Of a stretch of 64,000 nt of DNA, positions 18,233-27,298 are shown in pieces. The notes under the pieces were generated by a model. The model did not search any database. It had not been told where the DNA came from and saw only the letters and a program-made list of their open reading frames with translations. The position numbers and the translations under genes were made by a program. Positions within the stretch are counted from its first letter, which is position 1. Every line of letters begins with the position of its first letter. This DNA comes from Chloroflexota bacterium (GTDB taxonomy: Bacteria; Chloroflexota; Anaerolineae; 4572-78): contig DUEH01000003.1 in the NCBI GenBank assembly GCA_011192195.1, positions 3,734-67,733 on the forward strand. The letters run 5' to 3'.

Positions 18233-18329
18233 GTAACCATTCACTCCCTACCCCCCTCGTGAGGGGGGAGGGCTTTAAACTTCCCCCCGTGAACGGGGGG
18301 ATTGAGGGGGGTGGGGAATGAACGATTAC
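18233..18329. repeat. C/G-rich double-hairpin element with terminal inverted repeats GTAACC(A/G)TTCAC, copy 1
   Basis: Sequence is gtaaccattcactcc...cccctcgtgagggggg...cttccccccgtgaacgggggg...ggggaatgaacgattac. A second copy with the same core and TIRs lies at 39654-39779. Confidence 0.9.
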
Positions 18330-18456
18330 GTACGGATTTGTCTGATGCTCCCTCAAAATGGTAATAAAACCGCCCGACTTCGAGAGGACGAGCCATCGTC
18401 TCAACAAACCGTCGTGAAGTTTCGAATGCTTCCCTGGATAGCATTGTAGCAGTCAT
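18330..18456 (-). pseudogene. N-terminal ~42-codon gene fragment truncated by the repeat element
   Basis: Good RBS (gggaga) and ATG at 18456. The product 'MTATMLSREAFETSRRFVETMARPLEVGRFYYHFEGASDKSV' then reads straight into element 18233-18329. Confidence 0.4.
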
Positions 18457-18638
18457 CTTATTCTTCTCCCGCATAGCCGGTTTCGCTGTACAATCTGACA
18501 TCATTATAGTAGCTTACAAAATCTTGGACAATTCGGCGGGTCATTTGAACCAATAGTAAATGCACCCCCGTGTGCGCTCCAAGTTGAAATTAGCGCGGTA
18601 TTTGTTATAATGGAGTCAAAGAATGTTCGGAAGGAAAT

Positions 18639-20207
18639 ATGAGACAGAATCGCAAAACTCAAGATGGCAGAACTCAAAAAGGTAAAAGAATGCCTCAATA
18701 TTTGACGCCAATAGCGCGCGATAAAGTGGTAGAGAGTATGAGAGACGGCGTCATTGTGCTGGATACGCAATCGCGCATTGTGGATATGAATCCTGCCGCT
18801 CAAAAACTGATGCGTCGCTCTCTCATGGAAGTACTTGGTCAGCCCTTAGAACAGTTCCTTTTTAGATGGCCCGACCTGGCAAAACGTTTCCGCGATGTTC
18901 TTGAAGCGCGCGCGCAAATTGTCCTGGGCGAAGAAGTAGAGCCACGCTATTACGATCTACACATCTCACCGCTCTATGATCGACAAGAAAAGCTAATTGG
19001 ACGGCTGCTTCTTTTGCACGACATCACCCGGTACAAAGAGATGGAAGAGACACAAGAGCGCTACGCCAAACAAAATGCCCGCCTCTTCCAGAAAGAACAG
19101 CGCCAGCGCAAAATCGCCGAAAGCCTGCGTCAGGCTATGCTCGTTCTCAGTAGAAGCCTGGATCATACCGCGATTGTGGCGGAAATTCTGGCGCAGATCA
19201 AGAAGTTGATTCCCTACGACAGCGCCGGTTTCTTTTTACAAGATGGCGACGACTTGCGCCTTAGCAAGGGCGTAGGATTTGATTACACCGTTGTTGATGC
19301 CCGTATTCCCCTCGATAGTCGCAATCGAACCGTACAGGCATTTAAACATAAACGAACTGAAGTGATCCCCGATGTCCGCGTCGATCCCCACTGGCATCCT
19401 TTTTCTAGCCATGAAAAAGTTCATAGCGCTGTGGCAGCGCCGCTGGTAATTGGACAGGAAGCCATTGGCGTATTGACCGTTGACCGCTTTGAAGCTCAAG
19501 CCTTTACCGATGAAGACGCCCAAATCCTGCAAGTATTTGCCAATCAGGCCGCTATTGCTTTTAAAAACGCGCAGCTCCACCAGCAAGCGCAAAGCGCCGC
19601 TGCCCTCGAGGAAAGGAACCGGCTGGCGCAAGACCTGCACGATGCCGTCAATCAAACCCTTTTCTCCGCCGCCCTCATCGCCGAAGCCCTGCCGAACATC
19701 TGGGAAGAAGACCCTAAACACGGCGCGCAAGTGCTTGAAGAATTGCGCCTGCTAACCCAGGGCGCCCTGGCCGAAATGCGTACGCTGCTGCTGGAGCTTC
19801 GCCCCGCTGCGCTCACGGAAAAAAGTTTTGGCGAATTGCTCCAGCACCTCGCCAAAGCATTCACTAACCGGACCCAAATACCGGTCAACCTGCTTATCGA
19901 AGGTGATTGCGCTTTGCCGCCTGACGTACAGATCACCTTCTATCGTATTGCGCAAGAGATATTGGTCAACATCACCAAACACGCTAAAGCTACTCAAGTA
20001 AGCCTGAATTTTGACTGCGCGCCGGAAGTGGTTGTATTATCTGTCTGTGATAACGGTTGCGGATTCGACACAAAGCGCATTCCCCTGGGACACTTTGGCC
20101 TTGGCATCATGCGTGAACGCGCTGATAAAATTGGCGCAACGCTGGAAATTGCCAGCCAGCCGGGGCGCGGCGCCAACATTGCGCTGGTTTGGGAAAATAA
20201 AGGTTGA
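18639..20207 (+). CDS. Sensor histidine kinase (PAS-GAF-HisKA_3-HATPase_c), NarL-type partner
   Basis: HisKA_3 H-box 'LAQDLHDAVNQTLFS'. ATPase boxes 'LVNITKHAKA', 'VCDNGCGFD', 'GLGIMRERA'. The 4-nt gap to the downstream regulator suggests coupling. Confidence 0.85.
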   Translation: MRQNRKTQDGRTQKGKRMPQYLTPIARDKVVESMRDGVIVLDTQSRIVDMNPAAQKLMRRSLMEVLGQPLEQFLFRWPDLAKRFRDVLEARAQIVLGEEVEPRYYDLHISPLYDRQEKLIGRLLLLHDITRYKEMEETQERYAKQNARLFQKEQRQRKIAESLRQAMLVLSRSLDHTAIVAEILAQIKKLIPYDSAGFFLQDGDDLRLSKGVGFDYTVVDARIPLDSRNRTVQAFKHKRTEVIPDVRVDPHWHPFSSHEKVHSAVAAPLVIGQEAIGVLTVDRFEAQAFTDEDAQILQVFANQAAIAFKNAQLHQQAQSAAALEERNRLAQDLHDAVNQTLFSAALIAEALPNIWEEDPKHGAQVLEELRLLTQGALAEMRTLLLELRPAALTEKSFGELLQHLAKAFTNRTQIPVNLLIEGDCALPPDVQITFYRIAQEILVNITKHAKATQVSLNFDCAPEVVVLSVCDNGCGFDTKRIPLGHFGLGIMRERADKIGATLEIASQPGRGANIALVWENKG

Positions 20208-20210
20208 GCG

Positions 20211-20858
20211 ATGAGCAACAGAAAAATCAAAGTGATGATCGTTGATGACCACATGGTTGTTCGCCGGGGCTTGGCTCACGTCATCCAGACCTTTAAGGAT
20301 GTGGAACTGGTGGCTGAAGCGGAAGGCGGCGAGGAAGCCCTTCTCTGGTGCCGCAAATACAGCCCTGATGTAGTTCTGATGGACGTAAAAATGGAGGGAA
20401 TGGATGGCATTGCCGCCACCGAAGCCATTTGTAAATTTTACCCGCGCACCAAAGTGATTGCCCTCAGCACCTTCCACGATAAAAATATGATCAAACAGAT
20501 GATGAACGCCGGCGCCATTGGTTACCTCCTCAAAAATGTTTCGCTCAAAGAACTGGCCAATGCAATTCGATCCGCTTATGCGGGCAAGTCCGTCTTTGCT
20601 CCGGAAGTAGCGCAAGCTATGGCGGCAAAGCAGACAGCCCCCCCCGCTAATCCACAAGTCGCCGACCTGACCGAGCGGCAAAAAGAAGTATTAGCTCTGC
20701 TGGCAGTCGGGTTGAGCAACGTTGAAATCGCCAAACGTTTGACCATTACCCTCGGCACAGTTCGATATCACGTTAGCTCCATCCTCACTAAATTGGGCGT
20801 ATCCAACCGCACCGAAGCCGCCGCCATCGCCATAAAAAGCGATTTAGTGGAAGAATGA
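20211..20858 (+). CDS. NarL/FixJ-family response regulator (REC + LuxR HTH)
   Basis: 'KVMIVDDH...DVVLMDVKMEGMDG' and 'LTERQKEVLALLAVGLSNVEIAKRLTITLGTVRYHVSSILTKLGV'. Confidence 0.9.
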   Translation: MSNRKIKVMIVDDHMVVRRGLAHVIQTFKDVELVAEAEGGEEALLWCRKYSPDVVLMDVKMEGMDGIAATEAICKFYPRTKVIALSTFHDKNMIKQMMNAGAIGYLLKNVSLKELANAIRSAYAGKSVFAPEVAQAMAAKQTAPPANPQVADLTERQKEVLALLAVGLSNVEIAKRLTITLGTVRYHVSSILTKLGVSNRTEAAAIAIKSDLVEE

Positions 20859-20950
20859 CAAGGAGACAAGGAGCAGGTGGGCAGGTGGGCAGGTGGGCAG
20901 GTGAGATTGTCCCCTTGTCTCCTTGTCTCCCCCTGCTCCCCTGCTCCCTG
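20857..20950. repeat. Interleaved complementary repeats in A-B-A'-B' order, with (CAGGTGGG)n
   Basis: A is gacaaggagacaagg (20857-20871) and A' is its exact complement (20913-20927). B is agcaggtgggcaggtgggcaggtgggcaggtgag (20872-20905) and B' is tccccctgctcccctgctccctg (20928-20950). It starts at the regulator stop codon. Confidence 0.85.
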
Positions 20951-21072
20951 TACATCTGTCCAGTCCCCCCGCCAAAAACCAGACAATCGTCCAGTCTAAA
21001 ACTGGACAATCGTCTAGTGACTCAATGGGATTTTTACTGTAAAATATAAAATATTGTGAAAGGATATAATTG

Positions 21073-21429
21073 ATGCGCGTTTTGTTGGCCGATCAACGAC
21101 CCGATGTCCGCCTGTCGCTGGCTCTCCTCCTTAACAGGGAGCCAGGCGTTAGCGTTGTGGGCAGCGCCAGCGAAACTGAGGGGCTGCTGGCCTTGGCCAA
21201 AAGCGCTCGCCCCGACATTGTGATCCTTGACCGCGACTTACCCGGCAGCTCCACTGAAGACGCGCTAAACTCCCTCCGTATCCTTGACCAACACCTGAAG
21301 ATATTGCTCCTCAACGCTTCTGCCAGCCCTGCAACACGCGCCCAACTAAGCAAGATTGACGCCATCATCAGCAAAAACGATTCGCCGGAGATTCTGCTGG
21401 AAAAATTTCGTATTCTGGTTGCGGCTTGA
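21073..21429 (+). CDS. Single-domain response regulator (receiver only)
   Basis: 'RVLLADQRPDVR...PDIVILDRDLPG...KILLLNAS' receiver pattern with no output domain. Confidence 0.75.
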   Translation: MRVLLADQRPDVRLSLALLLNREPGVSVVGSASETEGLLALAKSARPDIVILDRDLPGSSTEDALNSLRILDQHLKILLLNASASPATRAQLSKIDAIISKNDSPEILLEKFRILVAA

Positions 21430-21550
21430 TTTTGTTTCAAGCCGCTAACATAGAAATTAAATTTGGGAGGTATTATATTGAACAGATGCCCTAACATTTT
21501 TTGATAGTCGCTAACATAAATGCTTCAACATTCGTTATCTACACTATAAC

Positions 21551-21684
21551 GCAGTTTTCCAAAAGTAACACACAAAACGACAAATGACGAAGGACGAAGG
21601 ACGAAAAATGTTAGCTTCACAAGTAATTCGTCCTCCGTCATTCGTCTTTCGTCGAGGCGTTATGCGCGACTTTTGGAAAACTGC
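21551..21684. repeat. 134-nt nested palindrome with (GACGAAG/GACAAAT)n inner arms
   Basis: gcagttttccaaaagt (21551-21566) is the exact complement of acttttggaaaactgc (21669-21684). Inner arms are 21578-21605 and 21627-21654. It sits in the leader of the BMP gene. Confidence 0.9.
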
Positions 21685-21715
21685 CTGTAAACCAATTATT
21701 CTAAAGGAGAACAAA

Positions 21716-22747
21716 ATGAAAAATCGTTTCAAAACATGGACTTTGCTGGCCGTGATGCTAATGGTCAGCCTGATGGGCAACGCTTGCGGCGGCGGCGACG
21801 CTGCCGACACTGGCGGCGGCGATTTCAAAGCCGCTATTGTCACCGACACCGCCGGATTGGGCGACCAATCCTTCAACGACTCGGCCAATCGCGGTTTGGA
21901 GAAAGCCAAAGCAGACCTGGGCATCGAGACGCAAGTCTACGAAACTTCTCAACCCTCTGACTACGAGCCAAGTCTGTCCCGCGCCCCTTCGCAGGGCAGC
22001 GACATCACCTTTGCTATCGGCTTTTTGATGACCGACGCCGTAACCAACGTTTCCAGCCAAAACGCCGACGCCAAATACGCCATCATCGACTCGGTAGTTG
22101 AGGCTGATAATGTAGCTTCGCTTGTTTTCAAGGAAGAGGAAGGCTCTTTCCTGGTCGGCGTGGTGGCTGGACTAATGACCAAGTCTAATAAAGTCGCTTT
22201 TCTCGGCGGGATGGAAGTACCCCTCATCAAAAAGTTCGAGGCAGGCTTCAAGGCCGGGGTGATGACTGTCAACCCGGATGCGGAAGTGATAGCAACCTAC
22301 GCTGGCGATTTTAACGACCCCGGCAAAGGCAAAGAGGTTGCCCTCAGCCAGTACGCCGCTGGAGCTGACGTGATTTATCACGCTTCGGGCGGCACCGGTC
22401 TGGGCTTGTTCCAGGCTGCGCAGGAAAAAGGCGCCGGCTTCTGGGCTATCGGCGTGGATTCTGACCAGTATGAGCTGGCTCCGGAAAACACCCTGACCTC
22501 GATGATGAAGCGGGTTGATACAGCCGTCTTTGAAACGATCAAGGCTACTAAAGAGGGCAATTTCAAATCCGGCATAACGGTCTTTGGCCTGAAAGAAGAC
22601 GGCGTGGGACTATCGCCGACGACCAACAAGAATACGCCGCAAGATGTAATTGATAAAGCTAACGCGCTTGGCGACAAGATCATCGCGGGCGAGTTTACAG
22701 TACCAACAACCGATGAAGAGTTGGAGAGTTTTACTCCGCCGAAATAA
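21716..22747 (+). CDS. BMP-family (PnrA/Med-like) nucleoside-binding ABC substrate-binding lipoprotein
   Basis: Start at 'MKNRFKTWTLLAVMLMVSLMGNAC' with RBS aaaggaga. 'KAAIVTDTAGLGDQSFND' and 'KVAFLGGMEVPLIKKFEAGF' are BMP-family hallmarks. Confidence 0.85.
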   Translation: MKNRFKTWTLLAVMLMVSLMGNACGGGDAADTGGGDFKAAIVTDTAGLGDQSFNDSANRGLEKAKADLGIETQVYETSQPSDYEPSLSRAPSQGSDITFAIGFLMTDAVTNVSSQNADAKYAIIDSVVEADNVASLVFKEEEGSFLVGVVAGLMTKSNKVAFLGGMEVPLIKKFEAGFKAGVMTVNPDAEVIATYAGDFNDPGKGKEVALSQYAAGADVIYHASGGTGLGLFQAAQEKGAGFWAIGVDSDQYELAPENTLTSMMKRVDTAVFETIKATKEGNFKSGITVFGLKEDGVGLSPTTNKNTPQDVIDKANALGDKIIAGEFTVPTTDEELESFTPPK

Positions 22748-22764
22748 GCAAGTAGAGTTAGTGC

Positions 22765-22952
22765 TGAGGAGTGAGCATCCTCAGATGCGGCGACGTTCGA
22801 CATCTGAGGATACCTCACTCCTCAAAGGTACAGGTTTAGTGAAACCGTCCATTTTTTGCTCCAGGCGGGTCCGTGACTTGCGTCTTGGGCGCAACAAGTC
22901 CGCCGGTTCACGGAACCGGCTAGAGCGTAACTTGGTTCACTGAACCTGTACC
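22765..22952. repeat. Highly structured intercistronic spacer with three nested or adjacent hairpins
   Basis: Hairpin 1 is 22765-22787 with 22801-22824. Hairpin 2 has arms ggtacaggtttagtgaaacc (22827-22846) and ggttcactgaacctgtacc (22934-22952). It encloses a GC-rich inner stem-loop set (22864-22919). Confidence 0.85.
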
Positions 22953-22980
22953 CTCAAAGTGTCAGCAGGGAGGAAAATCT

Positions 22981-24534
22981 GTGAATAAAAAAACGCCTGT
23001 CATTGAAATGCGGGACATGACAAAAGTCTTTCCCGGAGTGATCGCCAACGACCATATCAACCTGGCCGTTTACGAGGGCGAGGTATTGGGGCTATTGGGC
23101 GAAAATGGCGCGGGCAAGAGCGTCTTGATGAGCGTCCTCTACGGCCTCTATCCACCCACCGAGGGCGAAATATTTGTGCGCGGCAAGCAAGTTGACATCA
23201 CGGAGCCAAAGGTGGCCATCGAGCATGGGATTGGGATGGTCCACCAGCACTTCATGCTGGTGCCGCCCTTTACCGTAGCTGAAAATATCATCTTAGGCTC
23301 TGAACCGCGCACCGGCGCCGGGACTCTGGATATAGCTAAAGCGGCCGAGGACATCAAAGCTTTGTCCGAAAAATATAATCTGGAAGTAGACCCCTACGCC
23401 AAAATCGAGGACATCTCGGTGGGCATGGCCCAGCGAGTCGAGATTCTCAAGACAATGTACCGGGGCGCGCAAGTGCTGATTCTGGACGAGCCGACAGCAG
23501 TATTGACGCCGCAGGAGATCAAGGGGCTGTTCAAGATTATGCGCAACCTGACAGAATCGGGCGTCCCCGTTATCTTTATCTCACATAAGCTCAAGGAGTT
23601 GATGGAGATTTGCGATCGGGTGACTGTCATCCGCCGGGGCAAGATGATTGGCACAATTGGCATCGAAGATGCGTCGCCGCAAGTTCTGGCCAGTATGATG
23701 GTAGGGCGCGACGTTGTGCTGGAAGTAGACAAAGAAGCCGGTCACCCCAAAGAGGTGACCTTGGACGTAAAAAATATCCACGCGGTTGACCAAAACGGCC
23801 TGCCCGTGTTGAACGGCGTTTCCTTTCAGGTGCGCGCGGGCGAAATTGTGGGCATTGCAGGCGTGGCCGGCAACGGCCAATCGGAATTGATAGAGGTCAT
23901 TACCGGCTTGCATAAGGCCAAGTCGGGGGCGGTGCAATTAATGGGGGAAACCATAACCAATCACTCCGCCAAGCAGATCATTCACGGGGGCATTGCCACT
24001 ATTCCTGAAGATCGCCATCATCGCGGGCTGATCCTGGACTTTAGCATCGCCGATAACGGAGTTCTGGGTTCTCACGACCAGCCTCCCTTTGCTCGCTGGA
24101 TCCGGCGCAACTTTGATGCCATTAAAGACTATGCCGATGAATTTATCCAGGAATTCGATGTTCGCACGCCCAACCAGGAAGCGTTGGTCAGGAATTTATC
24201 GGGCGGCAACCAACAAAAGGTAATCATCGCCCGGGAAATAGGGCGCGAACCGAATTTGCTGATTGCAGCCCAACCGACCAGGGGCGTAGACGTGGGCGCC
24301 ATCGAGTTCATCCATAAACGGATCATCGAACAGCGCGACGCCGGTAAGGCGGTCTTGGTGATTTCAAACGAGTTAGACGAGGTAATGGGCCTCAGCGACC
24401 GGATACTGGTCATGTTCCACGGCGAAATCGTCGGCGAAATACCGGGTGAGGAAGCCACGGAAGATGAATTGGGGCTGTACATGGCCGGCGCCAAGCGAAA
24501 CACGCCGCCATCCCAGGGAGGGGAAACCAAATGA
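22981..24534 (+). CDS. ABC transporter ATP-binding protein, duplicated ATPase (nucleoside/sugar CUT2 type)
   Basis: Walker A 'GENGAGKS', signature 'LSGGNQQK', and two ABC domains. GTG start with RBS agggagg. Confidence 0.9.
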   Translation: MNKKTPVIEMRDMTKVFPGVIANDHINLAVYEGEVLGLLGENGAGKSVLMSVLYGLYPPTEGEIFVRGKQVDITEPKVAIEHGIGMVHQHFMLVPPFTVAENIILGSEPRTGAGTLDIAKAAEDIKALSEKYNLEVDPYAKIEDISVGMAQRVEILKTMYRGAQVLILDEPTAVLTPQEIKGLFKIMRNLTESGVPVIFISHKLKELMEICDRVTVIRRGKMIGTIGIEDASPQVLASMMVGRDVVLEVDKEAGHPKEVTLDVKNIHAVDQNGLPVLNGVSFQVRAGEIVGIAGVAGNGQSELIEVITGLHKAKSGAVQLMGETITNHSAKQIIHGGIATIPEDRHHRGLILDFSIADNGVLGSHDQPPFARWIRRNFDAIKDYADEFIQEFDVRTPNQEALVRNLSGGNQQKVIIAREIGREPNLLIAAQPTRGVDVGAIEFIHKRIIEQRDAGKAVLVISNELDEVMGLSDRILVMFHGEIVGEIPGEEATEDELGLYMAGAKRNTPPSQGGETK

Positions 24535-25673
24535 CAACGTCCGAAAAATCAACGACAAGCGTCTGGCGAGAAAGGATTATGCTCATCGTTGGGCCTTTTT
24601 TGCAGCGCATGATCCTGCCGGTGGGTGCCATTTTCATGGCTTTGCTGGTGGGGGCTTTCTTCATCCTCGCCATTGGTAAAAATCCAGTTACGGCTTACGC
24701 CGCCTTGCTCAAGGGCGCTTTTGGGGACATCTATTCCATTGGCGAGACACTGGAGAACACAACCCCGCTCATCTTGACCGGATTGGCGGTGGCCTTTGCT
24801 TTCAGAGCCAAACTCTTCAATATTGGGGCTGAAGGCCAGTTCTTGATGGGCGGGTTGGCTGCAACCTGGGTGGGAACCAACCTGACGCTGCCGATGGTCA
24901 TCCACCTGCCGCTCACCCTGTTGGCCGGGGTTATCGTTGGCGGCTTGTGGGGGGGCTTCGCCGGTTTTCTCAAAGCGGTCCGGGGGGTGCATGAGGTCAT
25001 TAGCACGATTATGTTGAACTTCATCGCCATGTTTTTCATCAGTTATATGGTCACCGGGCCGATGAAAGAAGAATCGGCCCTGAACATTCCGCAGACGGCC
25101 AGAATAGCGGATACGGCTCAATTGATGAATATATTGCCGCCGTCCAGACTTTCGGCGGGAATCATCATTGCCCTGCTGGTCGCCGGTTTCATCTGGTGGC
25201 TTTTGTGGAAGACCACTGTCGGCTACGAAGTCAGAGCCGTGGGGCTTAACTATTTTGCCGCCGAATTTGGCGGCATCAAGCCAAATTACAATATGTTCCT
25301 GGCGATGATGATCAGCGGCGGGTTGGCCGGGCTGGGGGGCGCCATCATCATTTCCGGGCTGTTCCTGCGCTATCAGCATGGCTTTGAACCGGGTTACGGC
25401 TTCACGGCCATTGCGGTCTCGCTGGTAGGGGCCAACAATCCGCCCGGCGTGGTACTGGCCGCCCTGCTTTTTGCCACGTTGAGCCAGGGCGCGCTGGGTA
25501 TGCAAAACATGGCCGATGTTCCGCAAGATATTGTCTACGTTATTCAGGCTTTGGTGATCTTCTTTGTAGCCGCGCCGCAAATTGTGCAGGCGCTGCCAGA
25601 CTGGATTGCCAAACGCAGAGAAGCGGCCCAGGCTGAAGCTGAAGGCGCTCAATTGGAAGGAGGACAAGCATAA
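24531..25673 (+). CDS. ABC transporter permease (BMP/nucleoside importer)
   Basis: 380-aa multi-TM ORF. The start overlaps the ATPase stop by 4 nt. Confidence 0.85.
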   Translation: MTTSEKSTTSVWRERIMLIVGPFLQRMILPVGAIFMALLVGAFFILAIGKNPVTAYAALLKGAFGDIYSIGETLENTTPLILTGLAVAFAFRAKLFNIGAEGQFLMGGLAATWVGTNLTLPMVIHLPLTLLAGVIVGGLWGGFAGFLKAVRGVHEVISTIMLNFIAMFFISYMVTGPMKEESALNIPQTARIADTAQLMNILPPSRLSAGIIIALLVAGFIWWLLWKTTVGYEVRAVGLNYFAAEFGGIKPNYNMFLAMMISGGLAGLGGAIIISGLFLRYQHGFEPGYGFTAIAVSLVGANNPPGVVLAALLFATLSQGALGMQNMADVPQDIVYVIQALVIFFVAAPQIVQALPDWIAKRREAAQAEAEGAQLEGGQA

Positions 25674-26626
25674 TGGACGTTTTATTATCAGTCTTAAGCG
25701 TATCGCTTTTTGCCTCGACCATCCGGGCCGCCACGCCCTTGATGTTGGCGGCGCTGGGCGGCATCTTTTCCGAACGCTCCGGGATTGTCAACATTGCTCT
25801 GGAAGGGATTATGTTGGCCGGCGCTTTTTTTGCGATGATGATCAGCTACTTCGGCGCCCAGATGGGCTTTCCGCCTCTGGTCAGCGCTGCCGCCGGACTG
25901 GTGGGAGCCATTATTTTTGGCTTTCTCATCTCGATGATCCACGCGCTCGTTTCAATTCGTTTTCAGGCCGATCAGGTGGTCAGCGGCGTGGCCATCAACA
26001 TCCTGGCTGTGGGATTGACCGGATTTTTGCTGCAATTCATCTTCAAAACTTCCGGTAATTCGCCCTCTGTGCCAAGCCTGCCGGCAATGCCCATCCCCCT
26101 CCTGTCCAAAATTCCTGTGCTGGGCGATATTTTCTTCAATCAGTCGCCCATCGTTTACATCGCGCTCCTGGCAGTGCCGCTGTCCGCCTTTGTCCTCTTT
26201 CGCACCCCTCTGGGCTTGCGGATACGGGCGGTAGGCGAACACCCCAAAGCGGCTGACACAGTGGGGATTAACGTCTTCAAACTGCGCTATCTGGGCGTCG
26301 GCTTGAGCGGTATACTGGGCGGTTTGGGCGGCGCTTATCTGTCTATCGGCCAGCTCAACATCTTCACCGAGGGGATGACCAACGGGCGCGGTTATATTGC
26401 CCTGGCCGCCGTTATCTTCGGCAAATGGAATCCCTGGGGCGCTTTGGGCGCCTGTTTACTCTTTGGCTTCGCCGATGCAATTCAAATTTCGCTCCAAAAT
26501 GCGGGGGTCAATATTCCCAGCGACTTCCTGCTGATGCTGCCCTATATCTTGACGCTCATCGCCCTGGCCGGCTTTATTGGCCGCTCCAGACCGCCCGCTG
26601 CGGCTGGCGCGCCGTATGAGAAGTAG
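25673..26626 (+). CDS. ABC transporter permease (BMP/nucleoside importer)
   Basis: 317-aa multi-TM ORF, translationally coupled to the preceding permease through an ATGA-type overlap. Confidence 0.85.
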   Translation: MDVLLSVLSVSLFASTIRAATPLMLAALGGIFSERSGIVNIALEGIMLAGAFFAMMISYFGAQMGFPPLVSAAAGLVGAIIFGFLISMIHALVSIRFQADQVVSGVAINILAVGLTGFLLQFIFKTSGNSPSVPSLPAMPIPLLSKIPVLGDIFFNQSPIVYIALLAVPLSAFVLFRTPLGLRIRAVGEHPKAADTVGINVFKLRYLGVGLSGILGGLGGAYLSIGQLNIFTEGMTNGRGYIALAAVIFGKWNPWGALGACLLFGFADAIQISLQNAGVNIPSDFLLMLPYILTLIALAGFIGRSRPPAAAGAPYEK

Positions 26627-26649
26627 TCTGGGGTGGTAAAAATAAAAAA

Positions 26650-26776
26650 ATTATAAATGGTAAATTATAAATGGTGAATGGTAAACCGACCTTGAACGTA
26701 GCCGACTTGTACCTGTGTAGGCGCTATGTAATTCGCAATTTACCATTTATAATTCACCATTTAGCATTTACCATTT
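26650..26776. repeat. Imperfect hairpin with (AATGGTR)n arms and a ~49-nt loop
   Basis: Arms are ttataaatggtaaattataaatggtgaatggtaaac (26650-26685) and caatttaccatttataattcaccatttagcatttaccatttg (26735-26776). It is the same repeat class as 5843-5911. Confidence 0.85.
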
Positions 26777-26832
26777 GTCTTGCCCCTTTTGGCAATCTGC
26801 AATCTGTTGAATAAAAAACGCGAGGTGAAAAA

Positions 26833-27258
26833 ATGCCTCCCAAACAATGGGCATTTGCCCCCAATAGCGGCGGCGTGAAGATAAAAGAAGCCGTCAAGAA
26901 TCGAACTGAAAAACGGATCCGCGATTATGCCGAGGCCCATCTTGCAGGGCGTTACACCCGGCTCGATATTCGATTTCGGGGACAGTTTTGCTATGCGGAT
27001 GCCTACACGGAGCCAGAGCCGCTCGGCCCGAATTGGCCGCCGCCGGATTGGCCGGAAAGCCGCGAAGAACATTTGGAACGTATGCGCAATACGCCGACTC
27101 ATCTTTTTCGCTTGCGGTACTTTGGCGATGAAGAAAGCTGGGGATTAGCGTTTTATAGCTACGCCCACGATAAGTATGAGTTATCAGTGTTTCCAACAGG
27201 TGATTTTTTTGGTACGCCTGAAGTGGCGCTCCAAACAGCGGCAGAATTTCACCTTTGA
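26833..27258 (+). CDS. Conserved hypothetical protein
   Basis: 141-aa ORF with RBS gaggtga. I recognise no motif. Confidence 0.6.
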   Translation: MPPKQWAFAPNSGGVKIKEAVKNRTEKRIRDYAEAHLAGRYTRLDIRFRGQFCYADAYTEPEPLGPNWPPPDWPESREEHLERMRNTPTHLFRLRYFGDEESWGLAFYSYAHDKYELSVFPTGDFFGTPEVALQTAAEFHL

Positions 27259-27298
27259 GATGGCTTGCTTTTTTGGGTAGAAAAGATGTAAATGGCTT

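Noticed and set aside
18241-18504. 87-aa ORF as an intact small gene
   Set aside because: Its C-terminal half ('...RNRSFPTPLNPPVHGGKFKALPPHEGGRE') is the translation of the C/G-rich repeat element. Only the first ~42 codons after an internal RBS and ATG look genic, so I scored it as a truncated remnant.
24549-25667. 372-aa minus-strand ORF antisense to the ABC permease gene. Similar long antisense ORFs lie at 4748-5671, 8053-8946, 15321-16286, 20037-20681, 27419-28147, 34704-35423, 35598-36245, 42963-43625 and 44502-44915
   Set aside because: Each lies opposite a CDS with clear family motifs, lacks an SD/start context, and has the biased R/G/Q/H-rich composition typical of GC-skewed antisense frames.
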